A DNA stretch of 64,000 nucleotides, taken from the NCBI GenBank assembly GCA_951406725.2, contig OX597836.1, positions 36,022,001 to 36,086,000 of the forward strand, written 5' to 3'. Under the pieces are notes generated by a model. That model was not told the DNA's origin and ran no database searches. It saw only the letters and a list, made by a program, of their open reading frames with translations. Source of the DNA: Octopus vulgaris. Lineage: Eukaryota. Below, one piece after another: positions 44,331 through 58,346 of the stretch (its first letter is position 1; every line of letters begins with the position of its first letter). A program made the position numbers and the translations under genes.

Positions 44331-45741
44331 GTGTCTTGTCTTGGTACAAAAGATGTTCTACAGCAAATTTACTTGTTAGTTGTTTGACCTTAGCCAGTTG
44401 CGTATGTCCCGTACTGGTTGACAACATGTGTATCTCAGATCAAGTGCAGAAATAGTGGACGGGCATCAGAGCCATGTGTTGAGAGGAGTTCTTTGGACGC
44501 ATGGGTGTTTTGTTCAATATCATTGTTAAAAATAAACAAATATGGACAATGAACTAGAATACAGTTTTCTTTATTCGGAATCATTCTAAATGTTTATACG
44601 TTATAATTGGTTCAAAGTCTGTCAAAAGGCTTTCAGTTTGATTCGCTTAACTCCACCGTAGTATTCATTTTATTTTATCGACCCTACAAGAACGAAAGGC
44701 ATTGTCAACATTGGCGAAATGTGAACTCAGAACGTAAAGTAGAGAAATAATTGTCGCTAAGCACTTTTGTTTTGCTCGCTAACGACTGTAACTGTTCACC
44801 GCCTTACGATTATAGTAAATAATAGTTTCAAATGTTGGCACAAGGCCAGCAATTTTTAAAGGAGGGGAAAATTCGTTTACATTGTACTTTATATCACCCG
44901 CGAAAGGGTGAAATACAAAGACGCACATTGGCGGGGTGGCGTATGAACTCAAAGCGTAAATCCCATTAAAAAGCCGCCATACATTTTGTCTGGTATGCTG
45001 ACGATTCTGTCAGCTCAACGCTTTGATTATACATAATAATGACAGCTTAACCATTCTATTTCGCTTTAGCTGTTTGTTCCTTTGAACAAATAAAGCTTAA
45101 ATCCGTTTGTTTGTACAATAATTAAGTAGCTTAACCAAGTTACATGAATTATTTGCTATCTCTGAATATTGTCAATAACCATAATTATCTATTTTCAACA
45201 TAATGAACTATTTTAAAGTCACATGCTTATTTCTGTGTTTCACTTATAAATATGACAGGTTTTCGTTTGTTCGATTTACACATATTCATTCACCCCTAAA
45301 TGCTTATTTATTTCTTGATAAATCATTTATTGATCTCATTTATTCTGGCAACGATATTTAATCCTAGTGATATGCCTGGAAATGTGTAAGCGTTGTGAGG
45401 AAGTTGCATTAAGTCACAATGTATGAAATGGAATTTATTAGTGATAAACTATTTCTTAGATGGAAATGCGACCGCTCGTCCTCCTAGAAATAGCAATCAA
45501 AGCTCGCACAAAATACAGCCTGCGGTCTTAAGAAAAGACAGATTGAAACGTGTTGGCATAAATAAAAAAAAAAAACATAGGAGAAAAGGGCAGGGATGGC
45601 ACGTATATAATGGGAGGTACGTTCTGTAGAGCCCAACTGAAGTTAAACAGAAACAACAACAAATTTATGGCTACCAATTCAATTATTACACAGTGCTTTC
45701 GGCGAACACATTGGGAATATTAGTAATGAGATTAATCTCTC

Positions 45742-45838
<97 letters not shown>

Positions 45839-46047
45839 CCTCGTGAGCACCGCCAGCAATTTTTTTTCCTCTGTCTTCCCTTCTCGGGATCTTTGCCTTC
45901 TCCTTTGTTTCCGACGAAGAGCTCCGCTCGAAACGTTAGACCCTCCTTCTTCCCTTCTTTCCTGAGCGTCCAATAATACTATATTTGTTCCACGTCCTCG
46001 CGTTGCTGTGTTCTTTTGTGTTTTCTTGTTTGGATTAACTATATATA

Positions 46048-46083
<36 letters not shown>

Positions 46084-46410
46084 TGTATGTATGTATATAT
46101 ATATATATAGTATATAGTTGGGATTTACAAAAGAAAAACGAACAAACGAAAAAAAAGACGAGGGTGTAAACACCAAAGAGATGCATTAGTTTAACGCTTG
46201 GAAAGAGAGAAAGTATTTTATGTTTCGAGCCTACGCTCTTCAAAAGAAAGGACCACAGAAATAAGCAGAGAGAAAAAATAATAATAAAAAGGTTTAGTGG
46301 CTAGCGAACAATCATAGCGAATATATATAGATAAGTATATAGATAGATACATACATACACACATTGATTGATAAATAGAGAGAAACAGATATGTATGTAA
46401 ACATTAATGC

Positions 46411-46441
<31 letters not shown>

Positions 46442-47158
46442 TATATACACACACAAACATATGTGTGTGTGTGTGAGTAGGTGTTGTGTATGTGTTTGTG
46501 TATGTTTGTGTATGTCTGTTTGTTTTGGCATGAATAATGGGTTACGGCAAATATTCTGCTCAATACAGCAGAATGCTTGTCACTTGAGTGACCATAACAA
46601 CTTAAGCATGTTTCTTAGTGGCTGAAGATATGTGCGTCTCTGACCACGGGCAGAAATCATGTGGACGAATCATAGCTAAGTGTCGAGAGGGATTCATCAT
46701 CATTCAGGCAACTATTGAGAGGTTTTGACTACTCGACCTGAAGAATACTCTGACTCGGTCCCACAAGAAAGGTCATACGCTGTTTCACTCGATGTTAACT
46801 ATGTTAAATATGTTAACTATGTCGCGCATATATGTTTGTGATGTATGTGCCTAGTATACTCTTATTAGAGTATATATATACCAGAGTATATATATCATGA
46901 GGGTTGTATTGGGCTTCGTATTTTTGTAGCTCAGCGTCACTTTGATGGCATCAGCAAAAAAACAACGGCAATAATAATAACAATGAATCTTTCTACTATA
47001 GGCACAAGGCCTGGAATTTGAGGGATAGGGTCTGGTCGATTACATCGACCACAGTTCGTAACTGGTACTTAATTTATCGAGCGGGAAAGAATGAAAGGCA
47101 ATTTGAACCCAAAACGTAAAGAAGGACAAAATGTGGCGAAGCATTAAGCCTTGCGTGC

Positions 47159-47202
<44 letters not shown>

Positions 47203-47300
47203 TGATGATGATGATGATGATGATGATAAGAATGATAATGATAATAATAATAATGATAATAATAATGATATTAATAATGATGATGATAATAATGATGATG

Positions 47301-47356
<56 letters not shown>

Positions 47357-47380
47357 TAATAATAATAAATAAATAAATAA
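47159..47380. repeat. (AAT/GAT)n microsatellite
   Basis: Direct reading. Confidence 0.9.
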
Positions 47381-48168
47381 ATATATATATATAAATAACC
47401 ACGAGCGCGTGAATAAGTAGTCTGTTCAAGTAAATATTTACATCACCCGTCTGCTCATGAAGAGAGGTTTGGGATATACATTGAGCAAGAGAGTCCCAAA
47501 TTGAAAGAGATGGTTATCAACGAATTTGCTGGCCAACTATGATCTAATTGCAATTAAGAGTGTCTGTGTGTCGACGCGTATGTTTTATGGTTATCTACGT
47601 GTGCATGGCGTTCATGATAAATATAAGAGAGGGGAAAATAAATTAAATTAATATTAGTCGACTCTAATAATAACCTAACGAAAAATAACGAAACTATTTC
47701 AGTTAATAACAAATTTAAGCTATGTCCATGGCTACAAATTTGACATGAAACAAAAAGTTGCAGTGCTACAAGGAATAGTTCAAAGTAATTATTTCTATAT
47801 GATATAATTTGAACATAAACAAATCACTCGTGATAATGATTAATTTAATGAACTAATTTAGTTACGTCCCGTTTACTCGAGCATATTGAATCAGAAAAGT
47901 AAATAAAACCAGTAATAATCGTGCTCTCTACTATAGGTACAAACCCTGAAATTTTGGGAAAGGAGGCTAACAGTAGTCATCGATGATATCAACTTCAGTG
48001 ATAACAGCAACAGCAGCCGTTCAAGGATTTGGACCTGGAGATCTCCATTTCCAGCGACTTCGAGGGCCACCTCCCAGTGGTGTCGGGCGTCAACGAACAG
48101 CCCTCGACTACAACAAGACGACCAAAGTTTTTTTTTTCTAAGGTCTGGGGTCTCCCACCCCAAAGCCC

Positions 48169-48398
48169 TATTTCTTTACTACCCACAAGGGGCTAAACAC
48201 AGAGGGGATAAACAAAGACAGATAAACGGATTAAGTCGATTATATCGACCCCAGAGCGTAACTGGTACTTAATTTATCGACCCCGAAAGGATGAAAGGCA
48301 AAGTCGACCTCGGCGGAATTTGAACTCAGAACGTAACTGCAAACGAAATACGGCTACCCATTTCGCCCGGCGTGCTAACGTTTCTGCCAGCTCGCCAC
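48169..48398 (-). mobile_element. SINE family A monomer
   Basis: Reverse complement of full head + body. Confidence 0.85.
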
Positions 48399-48455
48399 CC
48401 CTAAGCCCTAGACCATCACCTAATCACCCTTAACCGTCTTGTTACTTAACAACAA

Positions 48456-48487
<32 letters not shown>

Positions 48488-48584
48488 ACAACACCTACCC
48501 CAGTTCTTGACTGTTACTCTTTTGTTGGCATCGAAAGGATGAAAGACAAAGTCGAACTCGCCGGAATATTGTAGAAAATGAACA

Positions 48585-48742
48585 TTAGAACAATACATAT
48601 TGTCATAGGTGCTCTTAGAACGATAGCAAAATGGGCTGGCTCTTACTTATCTTATATTCCAAGACATACATAGATAAAAGAAATTCAAAATATAGTACTC
48701 ACGGGAATTGCACAAATCCTACAAAAAATACTGTTTGTATAA
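48585..48742 (+). mobile_element. R4/Dong-type LINE C-terminal relic
   Basis: TIHIVIGALRTI...EIQNIVLTGIAQILQKIL resembles the RLE C-terminus of the other copies. Confidence 0.55.
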
Positions 48743-49010
48743 TTCAAAAACCCATTTTAATGTGTGAACATATCAAAAGTACTTTCAAAATTTTTTCGCT
48801 CTAGTTTCAGCTCAGAGCTGTGGCCATGCTGATGCACCGCCGTTTAAAAAAATTAAAAGCAAGTTTTATACTATAGGGGATACTAAATAATAACAGACGA
48901 CATACATTGTCATCATCAGATCACACAATAATCTTATTACCAAACTACTTTCAAAACAAAATTTTAATTCTTTTGTTTTATCAGATTAAAAAACTGATGT
49001 TCTTTAGAAA

Positions 49011-49247
49011 ATCCGTTTGTCTGTCCTTGTTTGTCCCCTCTGTGTTTAGCCCCTTGTGGGCAGTAAAGAAATGGGTATTTCTTCTGCCGTTACGTTTTGA
49101 GTTCAAATTCCGTCATGGTCGACTTTGCCTTTCATCCTTTCGAGGTCGATTAAATAAGTACCAGTTACGTACTGGGATCGTTGTAATCGACTTAATCCCT
49201 TTGTGTGTCCCCTCTATGTTTAGACCCATGTGGGCAATAAAGAAATA
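49011..49247 (+). mobile_element. SINE family A, 5'-truncated multimer
   Basis: Tail of one body, junction gaaatgggtatttc, then a full body. Confidence 0.75.
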
Positions 49248-49435
49248 AGAAATTGATTATGATAATATCTTTTATTAGAAATGGTCTTGACGCTGTTTTT
49301 ACTTTACATAGAATATTCTTTACATTCTACTTTTGTTTTATTGCCATTTCTTTACGAATATTATAAATTTTATAAGTAAAATATTTTTTCTGGGAACGGA
49401 TTACGATTTATAACATTGCTACTATGGGAAAAAAT

Positions 49436-49820
49436 GGAGGCGCAATGGCCCAGTGGTTAGGGCAGCGGACTCGCGGACATAGAATCGCGGTTTCGATTCC
49501 CAGACCGGGTGTTGTGAGTGTTTATTGAGCGAAAACACCTAAAGCTCCACGAGGCTCCGGCAGTGGATGGTGGTGATCCCAGCTGTACTCTTTCGCCACA
49601 ACTTTCTCTCTCACTCTTACTTCCTGTTTCTGTTGTACCTGTATTTCAAAGGGCCGGCCTTGTCACTCTCTGTGTCACGCTGAATATCCCCGAGAACTAC
49701 GTTAAGGGTACACGTGTCTGTGGAGTGCTCAGCCACTTACACGTTAATTTCACGAGCAGGCTGTTCCGTTGATTCGGATCAACCGGAACCCTCATCGTCG
49801 TAACCGACGGAGTGCTTCCG
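49436..49820 (+). mobile_element. SINE family C
   Basis: Full-length; TSD-like actatg(g/t)gaaaaa. Confidence 0.9.
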
Positions 49821-50605
49821 TTAGACTATGTGAAAAATACAATTCTGATTGACGAGCTTTCGCTTTCCGAGTGGTCTCCGGGCAAAATTTAACTCGTATA
49901 TCGAGGCATTATCGTACAAACATACACACACACACACACATGCACAAGCATACACACACACAAGCACACACACACAGACACACACACACACATATGTATA
50001 TTTAACAGAATATAATGCACTGTCTGCATAATCGATTCGTCAGTGAGGAGATAGAATCAGAAAGTAATCTTTTGGGGGAACATGTTAATCCATTTTTACA
50101 CATCTTTCGTTTGCGTAAATTAAATTTGTGTAACTGAATTTTCGTGTCAGTGAGGTTATTTTCAGTAATTAGTATTTTACCTTATAGACATTTCATCGAT
50201 TTTTGCCACGCTGTTCTGCGCAAATGCTACTCATATATCACGATTATTTGCAGAAGTCTCTTTTTATATTTACTACTGTTGTATTTACTTGCTATGCCGT
50301 AGATTTTATTTATTTATTTGTTTGTTAACTATTCATATAGGCAACGCTTGTCACATTATTAGGCTCTTCTTGATGAAAGGTTTGGAGGAAGAGAGGCAGT
50401 CAAATTCTTCCAGGAACTTCATTCGAATAATTACAAAAAGGTTAGATGCAGATAAACTCTGTCAAAGGCAAAATTAAACGAGCTACACTGTGAAGGCATT
50501 CCAAATGTCATCATCAGTCAAATATCATTCACAAAGATTTGGTGGATTCGAGGTTATTAGTGGATACACAGTACATTGATTGTTTAATATTTTGTCTAGT
50601 ATAAG

Positions 50606-51280
50606 GAGGCGATCTACCAGAAACGTTAGCGTGCCTGTCGAAGTGCTTATCGGTATTTCGCTTGTCTTTACATTCAGAGTTCAAATTTCACCGAGGTCAA
50701 CTTTGCCTTTCATCCTTTCGGGGTCAATAAATGAATTACCAGTAGCGTACTGGGGTCGATCTAATCGACTGGCCTCTACCCCCAAAATTTCAGGGCTTGT
50801 GCCTGGAGTAGATAAGAATATTTTTGTCTAGTAAAAGGCAGCGAGCTGGCAGAATCGTTAGCACGTTGGGCGAAACGCTTAGCAGTGTTTTGTCTGTCTT
50901 TACGTTCTGAGTTCAAATTCCGCCGAGGTCGACTTTGCCTTTCATCCTTTCGGGGTCGATTAAATAAGTACCAGTTACGCACTGGGGTCGATGTAATCGA
51001 CTTAATCCGTTTGTCTGTCTTTAGATTCTGAGTTCAAATTTCGCCGAATTCGACTTTCGGGGTCGATATATCAAGTACCAGTTGCGTACTGGGGTCGATC
51101 TAATCGACTGGCTCCTTCCCCCAAAGTAGAAAAGAATATTTCATCTAGTATTTCGCAGAGGTCGACTTCGCCTTTTATTCTTTTGAGTTCGATGAAATAA
51201 GTAAAAGTTGAACATCGGTGTTGATGTAATCGAGTTACGCCCTCCCCAAAATTGCTGGCCGTATGCCAAAATTTCAAACC
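50606..51280 (+). mobile_element. Cluster of SINE family A copies
   Basis: Several consecutive head/body matches of differing divergence. Further old copies at ~22760, 26785, 36150, 44660, 46995, 51860, 52520 and 60400. Confidence 0.75.
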
Positions 51281-52450
51281 AATACTTAGTGTCGTAATAG
51301 TATTAGCAAATATGTATTGTCGAATAACAACGACTGGGCTGCTTGTCACCATTATAATAACCGCACTAATATGAGTAATAGCTCTCATGCATTTTTATGA
51401 ACTTGGAAAGTTATTTGCATACTACAACCGTTGAATAAATCGAACGGCAAGAAATAACGAATGGACGAAGTACAGTTTTTCAGTGCAAAACACTAATTAG
51501 TAAAGGAAAGACAGCTCATAATTATGTAGAATAAATTAAGTATAGACAGTGAGAAATATACAAAAACAACGAGAATGACATATTTCAAAATTCCCTGATA
51601 TAGCTTTGAGCAGCAACTTAGGGTGTTGGGAAAGAAAATGGAGAAGAGGATGGAAAAGCACCTCGGGGATAGGAGCAAAAAATTCTTTGTTGAATTATGG
51701 ATGGCTTTGCCTGAGTTTGAATTCTTTAGCAATCAATAACCCATAGGGAGTTTCAAGAAAGTTCGAGCAGAGCATTTGAAGGGAAAATCCAGCAAGGTTG
51801 GTTAGACACAAGCTGATCTGATTGGACAAGACAATGTTTGTGTAAGTTTTGTGCTGGGGGAATTGTTAGCACGTCGAGAAAAATGCTTTGTGGAATTTTA
51901 TCCCTCTTTATGTACTGAGTTCAAATTTCACCGTGGTCGACTTCGCCTTTCATCGCTTCGGTGTCTATAAAATGCGTATCAGTTGAATACCGGGTCGATA
52001 TAATTGATTAGCCGCCACCGTTTAACTTCCTGGCCTTCCGATAAAATTTCTAGTGACCAAATTTTCTCATAAATGCCTTTGATCAACATAGCAGTTTGAT
52101 AGGCCATGGTTCTGAACTGGGGAAAATGGAGGCTTACTGTTAAAAAACCTGCAGAAGCTTCGTCACTAATTTTTGGGCTTTAGTTAAGAAAAGGTCGATT
52201 GGCGAAATCGGCTAAATATCAAAAAATCATTTCTCACAGTGTTTGGCCACAAAGCATTTTATGTTCGAAGTCCCCAAAAAGCTGTTCTTCGTCTGTAACA
52301 CCGACCAAATTATAACTATTTTCATTTCACATATTGGTATGACTCAATTTAGAGTGCATTCCAATGCTTTCAGTATATTCAGTAGTATACAATATAGACT
52401 TACACACACCCAAACGCAGACACTCATATATATATATATATACATATACA

Positions 52451-52514
<64 letters not shown>

Positions 52515-52732
52515 GTTAAGGCTGTGAGCAGGCAAAATTCTTAGCGCGCCGAGCAAAATGCTTAGCGGCATGTCGTTCGTCCATGCGTTCTGAGTTCAAA
52601 TACCGCCGAAGTCGACATTGCCGTTCATTATTTTGGTATCGATAAACTGAGTACGTGTTGCGTATTGATGTCGATCCTCTCCCAAAATTTCCGGCCTTGT
52701 GTCTATGATAGAAAAAAATTCTTCTTCTTAAT

Positions 52733-53062
52733 ATTTTTATGTACCATTTAGTCAACTTTCACTACACTGATCTTTAACCAATAACATTATAATCAAAACT
52801 TTTCACATTATTTGTTTCAAACGTGATGCATGCTTTTGACTTGTAGATTATTGGCAGTTAATTCCGGGACCTTATTGCCAAAAAATATTAAAAACGTATA
52901 TATTTTGGTAGAATAACGACACGTGTTTCGTGGCTATATTTAAGAAATGATTATAGTAAAAAATTAATTAATAGTAGTAGTAAAATCACTTCGATATAAA
53001 TATAGCTACTCATCAGGTTAAAAATAAACTAGAATAATAAAATAATTAATTAATAAATATAC

Positions 53063-53113
<51 letters not shown>

Positions 53114-53676
53114 AAAGTTACTAAATATACAATAAGTGAAAACTAAAAACAATACTAAAATTATTCAATACTTTAAAATTAATTAATATACACAGTGCTA
53201 GTACAAGCCATTAATATTGTAATCAAAATAAGAAATGGTTCACATACAGACAAACTCATTAAATAAGCTAACTATATAATTAATATATATGTGTAGTATC
53301 TATAGATTTAATATATCACTCTATAATATAATTGACTAAATATCAATTAATATACTACCTAATTATTTTAAATTTAATACTACTTAATAAATTTACCACC
53401 TAATAATTAAATGATATATTGTCCCAAAAACTTAATTCTCGAATTAAATTAAATGTACTACGTTAGTTCCTTTTATAAAAACGCCTTCAGTAATATATCA
53501 AAACAGTTACGTAAGGTTTGTAGAACATTATGCAGTTATGTATGCACATCATCAGTATCCTGCTATAAGTACAAAGAGTCATCTTAAAACTCAGAAAACG
53601 TACATTTTATCCGATTCGTAAGCAATCAGTATATTCGCATATCACACACAATAATAGGAACAGAGAAAACTCATTT
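52733..53676. repeat. Complex local duplication of 35073..35448
   Basis: 52733..52950 = 35073..35290 (direct); 53513..53676 = reverse complement of 35285..35448; unrelated AT-rich filler between. Confidence 0.9.
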
Positions 53677-53735
53677 TCCAGGATGTCGTCTTAAAAATCT
53701 GTTTTCTGTTTATGTTATTTTATCTCTCCCCCACG

Positions 53736-53916
<181 letters not shown>

Positions 53917-54554
53917 ATGTGTGTGTGTACGTCTGCGTGCGCGTGTGTATGACACAATCAATCTATCTTCAATCTATCTATCTAGCTATCTACCTATGCT
54001 TATATGTGTGAGTGTGTGTGTGTGTATTATGTATGTATGTATGTATGTATGTATTGTACGGTATAACAGAAATGACGTCAATGAATTTTTGTAATATTCC
54101 TCAAAAACAAAAAAAGGAAAATAAACTATAGAAGCAAGGTTACGAGAAAATACAACATAATTTCCTCGTTTGATGTTATTATATATTTCTATAACTACGT
54201 ATCCCAATTGATTTAGAGTTATTCTTATATTATGTGCAATGTCTTCTTTGATCTGAAGTGAGATAAGAAAGAAAAAAAACAAACAAATCATTTAGCGAGG
54301 CAGAAATAGTAACAATTTGAATAAAATTTTATCCTGGTATCTAGGAATAAAATAAAAATGTATATACGTCTGCTCTTTCCCTGTCAGTATCACGAAACAC
54401 ATTGATCCGCTGGGATTCACTTGTCTGAATAACTTTTGGAGTAGGCCTTCTGTTTCTAACACGGGGAAGTGGAATAAGTTCACATATTATACTTCAACTA
54501 CATAAAAATCCTATATTGAAATGGAAACGTTCATTTTATATTATCATACGCATA

Positions 54555-54765
54555 GGCGTAGGAGTAGCTGTGGGGTAAGTAGCTTGCTTACCAACCACAT
54601 GGTTCTAGATTCAGTCCCACTGCGTGGCATCTTGGGCAAGTGTCTTCTCCGAATAAAGAAATATCTATTGTTTAATAAAGAAATATCTACTATAGCCTCG
54701 GGCCGACCAAAGCCTTGTGAGTGGATTTGGTAGACGGAAACTGAAAGAAGCCCGTCGTATATATG

Positions 54766-54811
<46 letters not shown>

Positions 54812-55437
54812 TGTATGTATGTATGTATGTATACGTGTGTATGGGTTTGTGTGTCTGTGTTTACGTCCCCGTAACTTAGCGTTTCGGCAAAAGATGCCGA
54901 TACAATAAGTACTAAAGTACTAGGTTTACAAAGAATAAGTCCTGGGGTCGATTTTCTCGACTAAAGAAGGTGCTCCAGCATGGCCATAGTCAAATGACTG
55001 AAACGAGTAAAAGAGTAACCGAGTATAGGTGCAGATGTAGCTGAGTAGTAAGATGCTTGTATCTCAACTACATGTGTCCGGGTTCAATCTACTATAGCCT
55101 AGAGCTTCTACTATAGCCTCGGCCCGACCAAAGCTTTGTGACTGAATTTGGTAGACGGAAACTGAAAGAATCCTTTTGTATATGCGCACACACACACGTG
55201 TGTGTGTGTGTGTGTGTCTGTGTGTGTGTGTGCGAGTGTGTGTTTGTCCCCTACCACCGCTTGATAACCGGTACTGCTGTGTTTACCTGCCCGTAACTTA
55301 GCGATTCGGCGAAAGAACTAATAGAATAAGTAGCATGTTTATAAAAAGTATTGGGGTCAGTACATTCGGTTGAAAGTTCTTCAAGGCTTTGCCTCACCAT
55401 GGCTGCTATCTAATGACTGAAGCAAATAAAAGGTAAG
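54555..55437 (+). mobile_element. Two tandem SINE family B copies (second more diverged)
   Basis: 54555..55017 and 55027..55437 match the family B consensus. Further relics at ~7586..7735 and ~63745..63850. Confidence 0.8.
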
Positions 55438-56220
55438 AGACACCTTTAAAAAATTTCCTCAGCTTCCTTGAGCAAATTTCAGGAAAATGTTCCCGAATAT
55501 TCTCATACAAATAATAAACTGAAATCTCCATATCTGATGTTGACCCACGAACAGATGCTCTTGTCTTCATTCGTTTACAAAGAAGCAATTAAGCAAATAA
55601 CACTTATCTTGTAAAATTTCTTCTAACAATTAGAAGTAGTTTAAATATTCAGGAGATTACAGGTTTCCGATTTGTTAAAATTAGGTAAATTGAAACGCTG
55701 GAAAAATTCTTTATTATTAAATTCTTTCTTAATTTATTAGAGAAAAATAAATGAGATCTTCAACAACAGTATGCGAAACTGCTTCAAAACTACACGTTTC
55801 GAAAGTAATTTGGTGACGACTTGAAATAATTTCAAGGAGTTTGGAGAAATTTAACATAATTGAGTTACTCTCAATCACTGAATTCCCTTCGTCCAATTCA
55901 ACACACAAAAAAAAAAAAAAAATGGACACAATTTTGTAAAATGCTTATGAACAAGGAAGAAAATAAATAAATAAATAAATAAAGCAATTAATTAATCAAT
56001 AAGTAGAAGCAAATCACTTCACTTTTGTTACAGCACATTCTCTTCATTTCTCAACCTGACCACTTCCACGGCAACCAAATCGAAACTGTTGAACCATCAA
56101 CACCATCGTCTGCGCTTCCCCGATCGTCTTCAGCATCTACTGATGCTACATCCAATCTTAGTACCATACGCATCACCAAGTATAAGACTTCGCCACCTCA
56201 ATCCCACACTATATCTGCTA

Positions 56221-57194
56221 CCTATTCCTCTACTACTCACAAGGGGCTAAACATAGAGGGGACAAACAAGGACAGACACACGGATTAAGTCGATTACATC
56301 GACCACAGTGCGTAACTGGTACTTATTTAATCGACCCCGAAAGGATGAAAGGCAAAGTCGACCTCGGCGGAATTTGAACTCAGAACGTAGCGGCAGACGA
56401 AATATACATATTCCTCTACTACCCACAAGGGGCTAAACATAGATGGGACAAACAAGGACAGACACACAGATTAAGTCGATTACATCGACCCCAGTGCGTA
56501 ACTGGTACTTATTTAATCGACCCCGAAAGGATGAAAGGCAAAGTCAACCTCGGCGGAATTTGAACTCAGAACGTAATGGCAGATAAAATACCTATTTCTT
56601 TACAACCCACAAGGGGCTAAACATAGAGGGGACAAACAAGGACAGACACACGGATTACGTCGATTACATCGATCCCAGTGCGTAACTGGTACTTATTTAA
56701 TCGACCCCGAAAGGATGAAAGGCAAAGTCGACCTCGGCGGAATTTGAACTCAGAACGTAGCGGCAGACGAAATATACATATTCCTCTACTACCCACAAGG
56801 GGCTAAACATAGATGGGACAAACAAGGACAGACACACAGATTAAGTCGATTACATCGACCCCAGTGCGTAACTGGTACTTATTTAATCGACCCCGAAAGG
56901 ATGAAAGGCAAAGTCAACCTCGGCGGAATTTGAACTCAGAACGTAATGGCAGATAAAATACCTATTTCTTTACAACCCACAAGGGGCTAAACATAGAGGG
57001 GACAAACAAGGACAGACACACGGATTACGTCGATTACATCGACCACAGTGCGTAACTGGTACTTACTTAATCGACCCCGAAAGGATGAAAGGCAAAGTCG
57101 ACCTCAGCGGAATTTGAACGCAGAACGTAACGGCAGAAATAATACGGCTACGCATTTAGCCCGGCGCACTAACGTTTCTGCCAGCTCGCTGCCT
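56221..57194 (-). mobile_element. SINE family A pentamer (head + 5 bodies, 370-bp higher-order period)
   Basis: Five ~182-188-bp bodies; diagnostic variants recur at a 370-bp offset (aatatacata at 56401 and 56771). Confidence 0.9.
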
Positions 57195-57934
57195 TCCCAC
57201 ACTTTATCTGCTACCATCGCAATCCCACTCAATGTTTTTAGAAGAGGATCCATGGTGTCACTCCTAACCTGCAATCACTCTTATCTTCCCGACAACACTA
57301 CTCGAATCTCTTATTTCAGGAACATGAATAAATACTGAATATCCATCTCAGATGGAAAACTGTAACCCCAAAAGCTGCCGCTATTCCCTACAATTGCTAG
57401 CATGCTTAGAGTATAACTCTTCCTCTGTTGACCACCCCTGAACTAGACATATAAACATGAATCATACCTCTATCTTTTACCACAGTAATGTTTTGCTGTA
57501 TGATGGTACATCACAAATCCTGATATAATTAATTTGTTCGGGATTAATTATAATTAATAACATGAATAGGATTAAAATTAAATTCAATATTACTTTTAAT
57601 TCTAAGATATCAAATCTTAAGATCTTGAAATCAAGAATTCAATAATATATTTTATTATTCAATCAACAGTATCAACTATAATTATTATAGAAAAATGACA
57701 TTACCATTTATCCTCTCCACAACTACATTAGCACTGTCGAAGCCGCTCATTATTCTAAGAGAATAAATAGCATTAACCGAAGTCACATCATCCCTTGTTA
57801 CAGCACAGCTGATCCGTTTCCTTCCCAGAAGATCGGAACCCAAATAACATTCTAGTAGAAAACTCATGACCACATCCTATAGGTAACTCGCGACCACAAT
57901 GACAGCAGTCGCCAAATGACCACTACCGAACAAT

Positions 57935-58346
57935 GCACTTTTTAATCCATACTCGTCGAGCGCTACAGATCTTCCAGGACGATGCTCGTCATCTAGGTTG
58001 TAGTCTCCGGTTCGGAATTCCTGGAACCACCGTTGACACTGGATTAAGCTTATTGTCCGAGTCCTATATACTGTATTAATACTCCCCGCATTTTCTGTTG
58101 CCTTGTTGCCTTTATTGAACCCATAAAGCAACATACGCCGAATATCTTCCTTTGTCACTTACATTATTGCTTTGAAAAAGTACGTGTTAACATCGGACTG
58201 CACTCTTCAAAACTTGCACTAAGAATAAGTGGAGGGTAAAATTGCTATCTGCTTTTATAACAAATTCATGCATGTAGTTTATCTCGTCCACCTCTGACTT
58301 TTAGTTCGGGCAATTGAAGAAACCGCATTATCTATGCGATGGCATA

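Noticed and set aside
49436-49508. tRNA-like sequence (also at 19450..19525, 61923 and 62520)
   Set aside because: Continues into a shared SINE body with TSD-like flanks and lacks a proper acceptor stem; SINE heads, not tRNA genes.
49518-49772. Recurrent ORFs such as ...LVTLCVTLNIPENYVKGTRVCG, MRNWYL..RKDERQ and FDCGHAGAPP suggesting small gene families
   Set aside because: Chance reading frames within SINE families C, A and B.
56221-57194. Regular repeats resembling a CRISPR array
   Set aside because: Units are ~185-bp SINE bodies with no unique spacers, no cas genes, and the context is eukaryotic.
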